DNA from: Ginglymostoma cirratum
Lineage: Eukaryota
Direction of reading: 5' to 3'
DNA: 64,000 nt
Assembly (NCBI GenBank): GCA_024137785.1
Contig: JAHRHZ010000268.1
Span: 11,106,609 to 11,170,608, forward strand
In this document: positions 51,940 to 64,000 of the stretch, piece after piece
Position numbering within the stretch: position 1 is the first letter of the stretch
Layout of the letters: every line of letters starts with the position of its first letter
The notes under the pieces: generated by a model
Told to the model about the DNA's origin: nothing
The model's database searches: none
What the model saw: the letters and a program-made list of their open reading frames with translations, nothing else
Program-made: the position numbers and the translations under genes

Positions 51940-52082
51940 TCTCTGTTCTGAGGAAGGGTCACCGAACCCGAAATGTTAACTCTGTTTTTTTTCTCACTGA
52001 TGCTGCCCAGACCTGCTGAGCTTTTCCAGCAACTTCTGTTTTTGTTCCTGATTTACAGCATTTGCAGTTCTTTCAATTTTTG
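51940..52082 (+). mobile_element. Solo PLE pseudo-LTR/hammerhead unit with 14-bp TSD
   Basis: gttCTGAGGAagggtcaccgaacccGAAATGTTaac; flanked by tcatctattagata (51926-51939) and tcatctgttagata (52083-52096). Confidence 0.9.
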
Positions 52083-53399
52083 TCATCTGTTAGATAACCA
52101 GCTAGAAAACTGGAAACAAAAATAAATGAAGTTAGGACATTTAGCATGAGAGAGGTACTGATTTTCAATCCTGGGTTAAAAACTGATTTCTGCAGTTAGA
52201 TACAAAGAACAAGTGTCCTGAGTGCTGTTGAGTTGCATCGATGAGTCTCATGCATTAACATTTGAAGCTGTTCGATCCAAATAATAGATTGGCAGAAAAG
52301 TGCAGCTAAGGATATTTTACTTTTATTTTTAAGTTTTAACTAGTGAACCTTTGCTGAATGCATGGTTATTTTAGAAAAGCTGAGAAATAGCAATATTGTG
52401 AATACAATTTAGTTGTTACCTTGCCTCAGAAGATTAAATTTGAATGCACAACAGTCAATTATAGTGTGTATTGAGGCCCATAAGAGAAAAGAAAACCCTG
52501 TTAACCCCCTGTAGTTCTTAAATGGAAAACTGGCCTGTCAATCTACTGCTAACCAGCATCATTTTTTTTGTGATTTTGAAAGGATCCCTGTAAATGATAG
52601 GAAAAAAATACTATGTGGTTTGGAGGGGTGGGGGTGAAACAAAGGAAGAAAGCAGCTTGTTTCTCTAATAGCAGAAGGTAATCATTCTAGAATTTAGACA
52701 AATGGATGCTCACCCATTCATTTTCAAAGGTCTTACCACAGTTGAGGAGGCAAATGCATTTTCCATTATTATTGTAGATTTTACTTCATTTCTACAAAAG
52801 CATTAGAAAGCACCATGTGTCAGTTTTAAGTTGTAATTAAACCTCCTAAAATTTTGCAAATGAAGTTTTCAGAATTCTGTTTAGCATTTTCCCTGCCGTC
52901 TTGCCACCACCCCACATACATCTCCTTTCAGCAGAAAGGCAAATATTTAATGTTTTGCTGTAAATGATTTTTGTTGTTTGAAGAGGTGGATGCATTTCCA
53001 CATGTTATGAAGAAATTTTACATTCATGTCTGCTTTTGAATTGTCATATAAGTTTATATATATTATGGAATTATTAAATATGTCTGCAATCTGTGACCAA
53101 ATTTAAAAAATGCATCTATTTATTATTAAAACCTCTGAAACATTTTATCGAGCCATTCATTGTTCAATGAAAGAGGAATTCACAGACGTATTTTCTGAAA
53201 TCATTGACAAATTGTAAGTGCCTTTTCAATGCGTGTGGTCACAATAACAGTGAAGGAAAGTGAGTGTTCTCTAGTCTGAAAGCACAGCCATTGATGGTGG
53301 ATTAATTAAAAAGAAGCAACTGAAAAATCCAGAATTAAATGAGAACAGATATCCTGAACAATTGTGGGCTTGAAGATATTTCAGAGACAAGAAATGAAA

Positions 53400-54215
53400 G
53401 GATCTTGAAGGGAATTGAAAATGAGACTGAGAATATTAAAATCAAGGTACTGCTTGACCAAGACTAGACCAGTGTGGTGACTGACCTACATGGGATGATA
53501 GGCGAATGAGACTATAATTAAGACATAAGCAATAAAATTTTAGTTTATGGGAGGGTTGAAATTGGGAGACAAATCAGTTGTGTGTTAGACAAGTCAAGCC
53601 TAGGGAAACAAATTAATGAATGAAGATATCAACAGCAAATGAGCTGAGGCCATGCAAAATTGGGCAATGTCATCAGGCTGGAAATAAGTGATATTCGTGA
53701 TTGTATGATAGTGTGTGTATTTGGAAGCTCACCTTGGGTCCCACATAAAACTAGGCTTGTGCACTGTGTGACTTGGGGACAGAAAATAAAAACAATGGCT
53801 TCCCAGTATTTAATTGGAGAAATTTTCTTTCCATCTAGTAGTAAGTGATAGATTAGATGTCCGATAACTTAGCGATTGGTGGTGGTGTGGTGAGAAGTGA
53901 CTGTTTTTTGATAATGTTGCCAAGGGACAATGTGCAGGTGAAAAATAGTAGGGGGAGCAAGGATAGATCTTTGGGGGACATCAGAAGTAATGTTGTACGA
54001 GCAGGAAGAGCAACTATTGCAGGTGCTACACTGGCTATGATTAGACAGGTAAGGATGCAATAGCAGTCCTAACTGATTGGATGACAGTGGAAAGATGTTG
54101 GAGGATGAAGGTGTGGTCAATGGTAGAAGGCTACAGACAGAGCAGTGAGTGATAATTTACTTTATTCATTGTCTCACAGAATGTCATTTGTGACAATTAT
54201 ACCAGGTTTTATGAT
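53400..54215 (-). mobile_element. Old L2 LINE RT fragment
   Basis: Minus ORF 53869..54120 YLSNHSQ...ITSDVPQRSILAP (cf. YLSNRSQ...SGVPQGSILGP). Confidence 0.75.
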
Positions 54216-55476
54216 GTTATTGTACATCTTGACTGCATGGACTCACCTAACTATCGAAAACAGGAGCCATGCCATCTATTACAGCTGGGGGTTGGGGGGT
54301 GGCTGAGGCAACATTTGGAATTGTTGAATATTGATTGGGTTCAGAGATGGTAGAAATGGGTTTAAATAATGATCAGGCTTGTTGGGAATGAAGCACCTCA
54401 TGGCCAGTTTGTTGGCTATTACATAGGGAAATTGATTGCGCTGAGTGAGTCTCCATGAATGGATCTTGGACTTCCTGGTATTTCCCAAGTTCCAGATGAA
54501 GATGAAACATCATTCACTCTAATTGGCACCTGTCCCAGATTTACCTTGGCCATGTGTTTGTTGTGGGTGGGTGCTGTACTCTATTACAGAGTAGGGATAT
54601 CTGTTGCTAGGTGGTTCAGGGAGCTGTTTTGCTTCAATGCTGAGCCCTAGCATGCATTGAGTTGGTCTTTTTGGGATTTGAGATGAGGTTAATTTTATAG
54701 TGTCTGCTAGCTTGCTGTCTAGAATGGCTGGCTATGTGGGCTGAGCATGAACACATAGAAGGCAGTGGCAGCAGAGACCGGGAGTGGATGGGTGAAATTT
54801 ATGTCTTGATTTCAGAATTTGCAAATGCTCACTTTACAGTGATTTAATTATTTTTCTTGTAACTAAAACTGTTCCTTCTTATGTCAGATCTCTACCAGCA
54901 TTTCTTTATGCTGAAAGCTGACTCTCACTCTCGTTGCAACAATCTGTTTACTGGATTTAACATTGTGCTAAACTTTCATGATAATGGTAGTACTGCTAAT
55001 TGTATCCGAGATTAACAGATTAAAGCTATTATTAATTCTATTTCTGTTATTTCTGATTTTGGTTTAATTTTTATGACCTGAAGTCGCAAAATATGCAGCA
55101 ATGCTCTGATTGAAAAACACATTTAAAATGTCGTTCTGCTTTGCTTTGATATTCTCAAATATTCACGAACATCTCCCCAAAGTATGCTGCATGTTTTATA
55201 TAAGAGCTTTATATTTGAAAACTATACAATTTTCTTCATCTTCCATTCAAACCTGGGCTAGTTTCTTGACATTACTTCCATGCGTTATTCACTGTTTTTG
55301 TTGCAATACACTTGCTGCCTACACTTGAAGTTCATTTCTGTCTACATGTTCCATGTAAAAACTTGTAATCATTCCAGATGGACAAAAGTTTTACATGACC
55401 TGTGATTATAAAGCAAATCTCATGTGGAAGCGAGGGCAGAAATGTTATGTGGATTTGCGTGAACATATTGTCATCG

Positions 55477-55798
55477 ATCATAGAACCTCTACAGTGTGGA
55501 AACAGGCCCTTCAGCTCAACAAGCCCACACTGCCCCTCAGAGCATCCCACCCAGACCCATCCCTCATAATCCACCTAATCTGCACATCCCTCAACACTAC
55601 GGGCAATTTAGCATGGCCAATCCACCTAGCCTGCACATCTTTGGACTGTGGGAGGGGACCGAAGCACCCGGAGGAAACCCACGCTGTCACGGGGAAAATG
55701 TGCAAACTCCACACAGACAGTCACCCGAGGGCGGAATCGACTCCTGGTCCCTGGTGCTGTGAGATAGCAGGTGCTAACCACTGAGCCACCGTGCCACT
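55477..55798 (-). mobile_element. HE1-type V-SINE, young
   Basis: Reverse complement gtggcacggtggctcagtggttagcac...gagtcgattccg...gtgtggagtttgcacatt...cagtccaaagatgtgcagg...gggcctgtttccacactgtag. Confidence 0.95.
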
Positions 55799-57107
55799 CC
55801 CAATTGTAATTTGGTGTTCTGGAGTATTGCTGAATAAAATGGCAAGCTGTCAAAGCTGTTCATTTTGCACTTGAAGCAGATGTAAGAAGATTGGATTTTA
55901 AAGGGAACAATAACAAGTGCAGCATGAGAACAGGGTTCTGATTGTTGGTTGAGGTCTTGCCATAAAGAAAGCACTAGGGAGCTTTTATTGCCCATGCTTT
56001 TGTTTAACTTTTTCTTCAAAAATTGCAACGCTGGAAGCTTTTTTTCTGGCAGAAGGCAGTTCCCTGAAGGCAAGCTGAATGGTGATCTTTGAACTTTTTA
56101 AAATATAATTCTTAACATACTTGGGATTGTTCAGCAAGTGCTGCCCAACCTCAGGATCACATATACTGTTCTCCAGAAAGACATTTTCTCTCCTCCTTCT
56201 TCCACAGAAGGTGAGTAATGTGATGTTAATTTCAGGGCCAATGAGATGCCAGCCACATAACCATGCATTCAAAAAAAATAGCTGATTGTTTGAAGCCGCT
56301 GTTCCCTTCATCTGTTCGCAAAGACAAAATAAGTGTAGCACTCAAACAAGCCTGAACTCTGCAAAACTCAGAACATATAGTCAGACCGTGTCTTCTTCAA
56401 GCCAAAGGATAGGAGGCAATAGCTCCCTAGTCCTTTTATTTTCAGCAAGACCCACATTCTATACTACCAACCATATGACTGTTTGTGTACTTGATATTGT
56501 TTGTTAATGTTTAAAAAAAAGAAATTCTTCGAAGCTGGTATGTTCACGGATAGTTGAATTATCTGGAGCCGCTGACACAAAAGCATCTCCGTCAACCAAG
56601 TATTTCTAGTTTTCCTTTATTGAGCTGACAGTTACACAGGTCTGAATTTTTCTGTTAAGTTGTAAGATGAATGCTGAAGGTTGCAACACTTTGTTCCTTT
56701 TCCTGGGAAGTGACTGTAATAGCAAGAGACCACTGCTTAACTTGACATGGTGTTTCGCCATTGGTGACAGTGAGAAAAGCCATAAAGCATTTCCGTCTTT
56801 TGTAGCTTAAGACATAAAACTGCACATAAGAATTGATATTTTTGCGACAAACCAGTGCGATAATACATCCTTAACTATGTCTATGGAGACACTCTGATAA
56901 CACTTTGAAAACATTCTACCTACGTAAAATTTAGTGAGGGATTTACACGGTGAATATAAAATTCACATTGAACTTTAGCTCGTTGCTGTATGGGTTGTGG
57001 AGACTGAATAAGCTAATGAGGTGCAAGTGAGTCCTTACTGGGAATTCTGCTGACGTGTCTATTTGTTAGATTTGTGAGTGCCATGCGCATCCTGTTCAAA
57101 TACGTCA

Positions 57108-57138
57108 GGTTAATGTTTTGATGATCCATTCATCAGTA
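57108..57138 (-). other. Isolated decayed hammerhead-like core
   Basis: Reverse complement taCTGATGAatggatcatcAAAACATTaacc; short, G12 absent. Confidence 0.4.
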
Positions 57139-57473
57139 TTTGTTGTTTTGAGCCGTGAAATCAGTTGTTGCAATATAGTTGCAAACCTTAGTTTGCTTTT
57201 ACTAAATTATTTTCAATTTGGATGCTTTATTTTGAAAAACATATATACTTGTTGACGTTGAAGGGCAACATACTGGCAACTTTGTTAAAAAAGTAAGAGA
57301 AACAAACTTGAACTTCGAGTGCTGAGGTAACTCCAATGTGGATTGTGTTCAATTGAGTACTTTTAAAATGTAGTAAATGTTGTGAGATAATATTGATCTG
57401 TTTGTAATTATTTGTGATTTATGTTTAGATGGATATGTGATGTACGTACAGATATCATGTTTTCGGGCTGAAT

Positions 57474-57935
57474 GAACAGAACAACGAAAGAACAAAGAAC
57501 AATACAGACAGGAACAGGCCCTCCAACCCTCCAAGCCTGCACAGACACATTTTGCCCTTCCATACTAAAACTGTCTTTACGTACAGGATCCGTATCCCTC
57601 TATTTCCTTCCTATTCATGTATTCATCCACATGCTTCTTGAATACTGCTATTGTGCCTACCTCCACCATGTCCTCTGACAATGCAACCCAGGCACTCACC
57701 ATCCTTTGTGTAAAAAAACTCTTTTTGAACTTCACCCTCCCCCTCGCATCTTGAACCTGTGTAATTGACCCCTCCACCCTGGGGGAGAAAAGCCTCATAG
57801 TTTCCACTCTTATCCATACCATTCATGATCTTATAAATTTCTATTAGGTCACTCCTCAACCTCCCGCGTTCCAGTGAAAACACATCTAGTTTAGCCAACC
57901 TTTCTTCATAGCTGAAATCCCCCACTTCCTGGACA
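57474..57935 (-). mobile_element. CR1 LINE 3' end
   Basis: Minus ORF 57623..57961 SYEERLAKLDVFSLERGRLRSDLIEIYKIM; tail (ttctttg)n. Confidence 0.9.
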
Positions 57936-58315
57936 CAATGGAGATAACAACTGTTACACAAGCCTTATTGACCTCATGATATTCTTGTGGTTTTTATTCG
58001 TTAATACAGAAGCTACCAGAATACTTTGTGTATCAAGCTGTTACATCCTGTTACTGTAAATGTAAACACCAGGAAGAACATATTCATAGAACACTTCTTC
58101 CCATAAAATGAATTAGCTGCTAAGAAGTTAACTTTGGTAAGATATGACATTTTCTGTCAAAAATTATTTTAATGTTCTAATTGCTTTCTTCCCATTAAAA
58201 ATGAAACCTCCTCAGTGTCTAATTCACCTTGGTCTGGAACATACAAGGAAGGCTGGATCACTGATTCTGGAAACTGAGACTGAGTCCTAAGTAGCAGATG
58301 ATCAGAAGATCCAAA

Positions 58316-58980
58316 TTTGATTTGATTTTCTGATTTTGATTTTTATTGTCACATGTACTCAAGTACAAAAGTAGAGGGAAAAGTGTATAATGTCGCCACA
58401 CATGGTGCCATCTTCGGTACAGGTACCTAGGTTTAGATTGTTAAGAACAAGGCAGAAAGAGAGAACAAGGCTAAAAGTTAAACATTGCAGTAATTATGGT
58501 ATAGCATAAAACATATGAAATAATGTTAAAAGTTACACATTGCAGACCTTCTCAGTTTTAAGTAGAAAATGAAAAAAAAAGCTGAACTTTCAAACATTAC
58601 AGTCTGTCTTAAGCACTTATCCAGGTTGGGACCACACTTCGAGGAATCACCTCCAGACCAGAAAGGGCCCGCACTGAGGCAACACCTGGCTGAGACTGCA
58701 ATGTACCGCTGAAAGACCACCATGCCAGGTTGGGAGTCCACCCATGCCGGGCTGGGAGTCCACCTCACCAATCCGGGAGGCTGCTCTGCTGGCCAGGAGG
58801 CTGCCGTGACAGGCTGGGAGGTCACCTCAGTGAGTCTGCACTGAGTCCAAGGCTGGGGGGGGTCCTAGACCCAGAGTCCGTGGCCGGGAGAAGAAAGGGA
58901 AAGAAAAACAATGCAGAAAGAAAATGAAACGGACGGAGTAGATGAGCACTACCTGAAGCGTCGGCCTCCTCCACCATTTT
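58316..58980 (-). mobile_element. Non-autonomous retroposon (~665 bp) with LINE-like ends and internal GC-rich tandem repeats
   Basis: Minus 5' end aaaatggtgg..., 3' end gtacatgtgacaataaaaatcaaaatcagaaaatcaaatcaaa (poly(A) signal plus AAATC tail); internal ~20-bp gggag-containing repeats 58724-58830; no coding remnant. Confidence 0.6.
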
Positions 58981-61179
58981 ATAGTGACTGGAGCCTTTGG
59001 AAGAGGAATGGGTCATCAGGGTGACACAGTGAGCTGAGTGCAACAAGTCAAACTTGTTGAGCATAAAACACTTTTATATTGATGCATGGTGGGGATTGTT
59101 TCTAATGACATTTGCTATGTGTAGAATGTGTGGTGCGTTGAAATTTAAAAATCACAATAACCTGCATTTACACCAGAAGTAGCTGTAATTTAAATTGGGC
59201 CCGGGACCCAACGATAACCCATTTCGTCCTTTGCTCGCTTTTCCAGGCATGACTTGTCTTTCTTTAAGAGCCTGTCAGCACTAAAATGTGGTAGATGGAT
59301 TCAGCAGAGCAAGATAAAAAGAAATAATTGAAGGGCAAATGGTTGAGGGTGGGGTAAAAGTAACAGGAATCAAAAAAATCACAAGGGATTATTGTATTAT
59401 AGTTCTGAGATTGACCCTCAAGCAAGTCAATCCAAAAGTACCTCTGCATTCTTACCAACAGATGTTCAAATCTGTTACAATGGAGTTCAAAATATAACAT
59501 AAATTGAGATGATCGCCCTGTACCCCATAGCGTGTGTATTGCACAATGCCTGCAATCAATGTAATTGAAGCTAACCTTGATATTCCACATTGCCTCACAA
59601 AGGCAATGCAGTGGGAAAGAAATTGCAGACTGTCTGCAATGAAAAACATTAATACTGGAGCTAAATGATGAATTAATATACAAGAGAAAGTCTAAACTTT
59701 TTGAAATTGGCTGTGATGGCATTTATGTTTGCTGATCTCTACAGCAGGTTGCCTGATGTTTCTATTTATATGTTTGTCTTTGCATATTAATTTTGATTAG
59801 ATGCTACTTCTCAGTGGAAATGTAAATCTTTTAAATATAATTCTGAAGTGTAGGGAAGATATACTGACCATTCTAAGTGCCTAGTCCAATGATTTGAACA
59901 CCAAATGTGAATCCTTCAAGTAAAACACTATTATTATAACCAACTGGTATAGGTCCTCTGAGAATTTCCCTGTTGAAGCGTGCTATTTTAATTGCTTTCC
60001 AGTGTGTCATGTCATTTAGCTGGCCACTTGGGAATTATAAGGGTGAATCTGAATAACGTAAAGCTATTTTTAAGTTGCTTAACGAATGACTTCAGTTCTC
60101 TTCGGAAACATAAGCTATGTTAATGTTAAATGGGGTGAGGGCAAGGGTGAAGGTCATATTCTTGGTGAATGAATTATTGATCAGTATTCTCACTTAGCAT
60201 TATGTACAATTACATTTATCTAGTTCCTTTATAATTGTACAAAAAACACCAAGGCACAGTGTATAAAATCTGAAAATGCAAAATAATAGTCAAAACATAT
60301 CAGTTTTTTAAAATTCCAGATCTGCATTTTATTAAAAAATGATTTTAGCAACTTCTTAAAAGAAATCTAGTTAGAAGTTGACAGGAAATTTCTGCTGGAT
60401 TATTAGAATTTTATATTTTTTGATCCTCATTGTCTGTCGTTGAAGCAAGTATACTTTGCTATATTTGAATTGTAAATATTGATGCAGAATTTAAATATTC
60501 TTTGACAGTGAAACATAACTAAAATTATTTCATATTTGATTGCACCTGTCTTGTTACTATATATTGTTAGTTTCCTTATGCTAACAGAGCACGAGAGATT
60601 GTGTGAAATGAAAGCCTTACAGAGCAAGCAGATCAGTTAACTCTCCACAAACATTCTTCTGCTCATCCCAGTGAATAACTAGACCTACAGGGGGAGGAGT
60701 TAGGGGTTAGTGGGGAACATAAATTAGTGCACGACAATTCTGAAGTTACAAGTCTGTCCAATTCATCTTGTATCCTTGTGCAGTCATCAAATTCTATCCC
60801 ATCGTATCCTGGAATAAAATAAGTTGCAATCTGGCCTTTTTCTACCTCGTGAATATAAATGTATTAACATTATCAATGTGATTCCTGATGTTTTGGCCAT
60901 AAGTTTTGGTTGTTACAGTCTTCTCTCTTGACTTGATAATTGGTTTTCCACTGAGATTGTGGTGTATATGCTGAATCGTGTGCACAGGGTTGAGACGATC
61001 ATGCTGTTCCAGGGACATTTTCTGTACCAGTGCTTCAGGTTTTATACAGCACTGCTGGTGCTAACTGTTGAACGTGATGGAATTTGAACTTGTGTTCTCT
61101 CTGGATTATTGTTTGTGGATGGAATCATTTGATAAGGTTATTGAGGGTATGACCCTAAGACACTGCCACACTTGCCTGT

Positions 61180-61458
61180 GATTTAATTCCCCATGCTGTC
61201 ATTGCTGAGCCAGGCTGTTGGTAACCTCAGCCTGATTGTGCTCTTGAGTCTCATAAGCTGTCCATCATTAAAAAAAACACCTCTTGCTACCTCTGTAACA
61301 TCACATAATTGAACAAAATTTGTCTCTTCCATCAAGTGTTTTTTTTTCAGTATTTTTAATCTTTCCTGCTTCATCTTGCCCGCTTTTGGGATGATCTCTG
61401 TGAAATTCCTTAGTGCTTTTCTGTGTTAAATGTACTTTATAAAAACAAGCTTTTGTCT
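61180..61458 (+). mobile_element. Old L2-like 3' end
   Basis: ctctgtgaaattcctt...gtgttaaatgtactttataaaaacaagcttttgt resembles the L2/DeuSINE shared tail. Confidence 0.45.
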
Positions 61459-62492
61459 TGAAGGAAATGTTTAAAGTAAAGGAGGTGTTAATAGTGTGTT
61501 GTTGTAAATGACTTTATGGATAAACAAAATTCCATGTTTTTACACCTGTTGACACAACATTGCCTGCAGCTGGGACAAAAGGCTCCTCTTTCAGCTGACT
61601 TTCCACGATATTCACATGATGATGTTAGCTTGACATGCTGAAACCAGTTAACGTCAGCCACAGACCCTCAGCACAGAAATCTCTAGATCTGCCTCAAAGT
61701 GAGCAGTCTTAATGAGTAGGCAAAAATGTTGTCTTCGTCATCTGTCTCTCCTATACATGGCAGCATGGAGCAATGCAGACATAGTCCCCCCCCCCCATCC
61801 CAAGGACATATGATTGGGAGAGATGCGGTTACCATCTCCATCCCAAAACAAATCAGGTATCTTGCTGGACTCAGTATTTTGAGGCTGACCACTGAACTCT
61901 GCTCACGAGGCTGGTACCTGTTGGGAATGGACTGCTGTTAGCTATACTTGGCAGTTGAGTCTCACTGTGTACAGCTAAAGCAGATAATGAATGTCAACAT
62001 CAGACCCTTTTTTCTGTACTGTTTTCTGAAATAATGGTACCACATTATTCTTCCCTACTAACCGATACAACAGTTAGGAATGGTGTAGTGTACTATGAAG
62101 AAACAGTTGAATCAAAATTAATTGTTTTAACATTGCAACTGGGAGATGGGAACCAGAAACAGCCGCCTTTTCACTGGTTGTCAGAAACCCTCCTTGAGGT
62201 AATGGCAACTCCATGCTTTGAAACATTTTCTAAAATATTGGAATAATTCTCATTGAGCCTTGCTATTTGGTGTTCAGCTGCATTAATTTTTCAGTAACAT
62301 TGTTTGCAAATTCATGGTAAAGTGGATTTTTTTGAGAATTTATGGAAGAATAATAGATTCTGTTCTGAAAACTTATCAGTGAAAAGCCCTTGAAAACCAA
62401 AAATGTACCTAGATTCCAGGTATTGATGAAAGCCGTTCTTCATATGTAACTGAATGGTTCAGCAATCCCTGCCCTGTTGGCCATGGGCATTT

Positions 62493-62506
62493 GTTACCTA
62501 GGGAAC
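62493..62506. promoter_or_regulatory. RFX X-box-like palindrome
   Basis: GTTACCTAGGGAAC in non-repeat context; motif match only. Confidence 0.2.
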
Positions 62507-62650
62507 TCTAGCTCCCATCTTACGTGGTGCCTTTAGATAAGTCAACTACTTTGCCTTTTTGATTTATTGATCATACGTTAAGGAAAAATTGGAATGCAAA
62601 AGCGTTCCACTGTTTCCCTGACAGTTCACTGAACAAGTTGAGATAAAGGG

Positions 62651-62875
62651 GTAGTAGGAACTGCAGATGCTGGAGATTCTGAGATTTCAAGGTGTGGAGC
62701 TGGATGAAGACAGTAGGCCAAGAAGCATCAGAGGAGCAAGAAGGCTGACGTTTCGGGCCTAGACTCTTCTTCAGAAATGATTTCTGAAGGGTCTAGGCCC
62801 AAAACGTCAGCCTTCCTGCTCCTCTGATGCTGCTTGGCCTGCTGTGTTCATCCAGCTCTACACCTTGTTATCTCA
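62651..62875. mobile_element. Head-to-head palindromic dimer of PLE pseudo-LTR/hammerhead unit, subfamily 1
   Basis: Arms 62680-62778 and 62780-62875 are near-perfect reverse complements centred on G62779 (tcagaaat g atttctga). Confidence 0.92.
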
Positions 62876-63024
62876 ATTTAAAGTAAATTTTTGTTAACGT
62901 GGAATGCGTTATTCTACAATCAACTTTGAATAAAAATCTTCTTTAGATATTCTTAGGGTATGGCTATAAAGCTGATCAGTTGCATATGCTGATGTGACTG
63001 AAAGGATTGTTTTCTTCATTCTCG

Positions 63025-63390
63025 GGGGAGATGGTGTAGTGATATTGTCACTGACCCTATTAAAGAGGGCCAGGCTATTGTTCTGGTGGTGTAATGTGAA
63101 TTAAGTAAAATCTGGAATTTAAAGCTGCAGCAATGATAATCCTATCACAATCGTTGTTTGCTGCAAAAATCCATTTGATTCATGAATGCCTGAATTTTTT
63201 GGAGGAAATCTGCTTCCTTAACTGGTCTGGCCCATGTGTGACTCCAGATGCACAGCAGTGTGGTTGCCATTTAACTGCCCCATCTGGAATGATTTAGCAA
63301 ACCACTTAGTTCAAGAGAAAACTAAGGATGGGCAACAAATGCTGGCCTTGCCAGCAACATCCACATATCATGAAAGAGTGGAAAAAAAAT
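63025..63390 (+). mobile_element. tRNA-derived SINE, same family as 11977-12343, diverged
   Basis: ggggagatggtgtagtg head, ggtctggcccatgtgtgactccaga body, aaggatgggcaacaaatgctggcc...catgaaag tail. Confidence 0.85.
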
Positions 63391-64000
63391 CATTTCATTT
63401 CCTTGCTCAGATTGAGATTGTTGTTTGCAATATGAATGTTTTACAGATTGATGGGGAAAAGAAACTGCAGGCGATATAGAATTCCTTTTGGAGCAAAGAA
63501 TGGGCGAATAAGCTGTGATTTGCTTTTCAACACTAGAAGCAATTTTCAGACATTGACCACCCATCCTGCATGTCCCTTCTTGATTTGAGAAAGTAGTAGA
63601 ATTTCATTGTTAATCTCTAACAGTTTGTGATACTATGCTCAATTTGTGTATGTGCTTTGCAATGACAGTAAACCTGCAATGCTGAAAGATGCTCCCATCG
63701 ATAAATTATTTATACTCCATTTTGCATCGCCTCTGATTCAATCAACTATAATAAAATTTGACATTGGCAAATGCACTTTCTTATCAAGCTGCACTAGTCT
63801 TAGCGACATTATGTTACACAGCCATTCCCCAGAATCATTTACAATAGCTAATTACTTGTTAGTGTATGTGTTTCTAGTTGTTTGTAAGTTGTGCGTTCTT
63901 ACATTCTATTTGAGGGAAGGTTCTGTACATGACTTCTTTTTAATAGTAGTGGGAAGAGCAGAATAGCATTTCTGGCCGTTATCTGTGGACTGACTGCACG

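Noticed and set aside
55496-55853. Cluster of ORFs over 55.4-55.9 kb (and 38.5-38.9 kb)
   Set aside because: Chance ORFs within GC-rich HE1-type SINEs.
59264-59722. 152-aa minus-strand ORF
   Set aside because: F/L/I/C/S-rich composition typical of random AT-rich DNA; no recognisable domain.
1-64000. CRISPR array, operon or other prokaryotic/viral system
   Set aside because: No regularly spaced repeats and no gene-dense coding region; content is vertebrate repeats throughout.

Overview
Repeat-rich, AT-rich vertebrate DNA, almost certainly from a cartilaginous fish (shark); this is inferred from HE1-type V-SINEs, HER1/CR1 LINEs, a SacSINE1/AmnSINE1-like DeuSINE and the Penelope-like element families. 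I found no host protein-coding exon that I can support. Every recognisable protein fragment is transposon-derived: Penelope RT and GIY-YIG, CR1/L2 RT, and a decayed Gmr1-type Gypsy gag-protease. Long repeats lie mostly on the minus strand, which fits (but does not prove) an intron of a large plus-strand gene. The most notable signal is a family of about 15 short Penelope pseudo-LTR units carrying a minimal hammerhead ribozyme motif. They occur as an inverted cap on a young Penelope copy, as a solo 143-bp insertion with a 14-bp target-site duplication, and as head-to-head palindromic dimers. Also notable are a full-length 5S rRNA pseudogene fused directly to a tRNA-derived SINE, and tandem SINE pairs bounded by a thrice-repeated target motif. 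Family names come from my recall of consensus sequences, not from a database search, and boundaries of old repeats are approximate.
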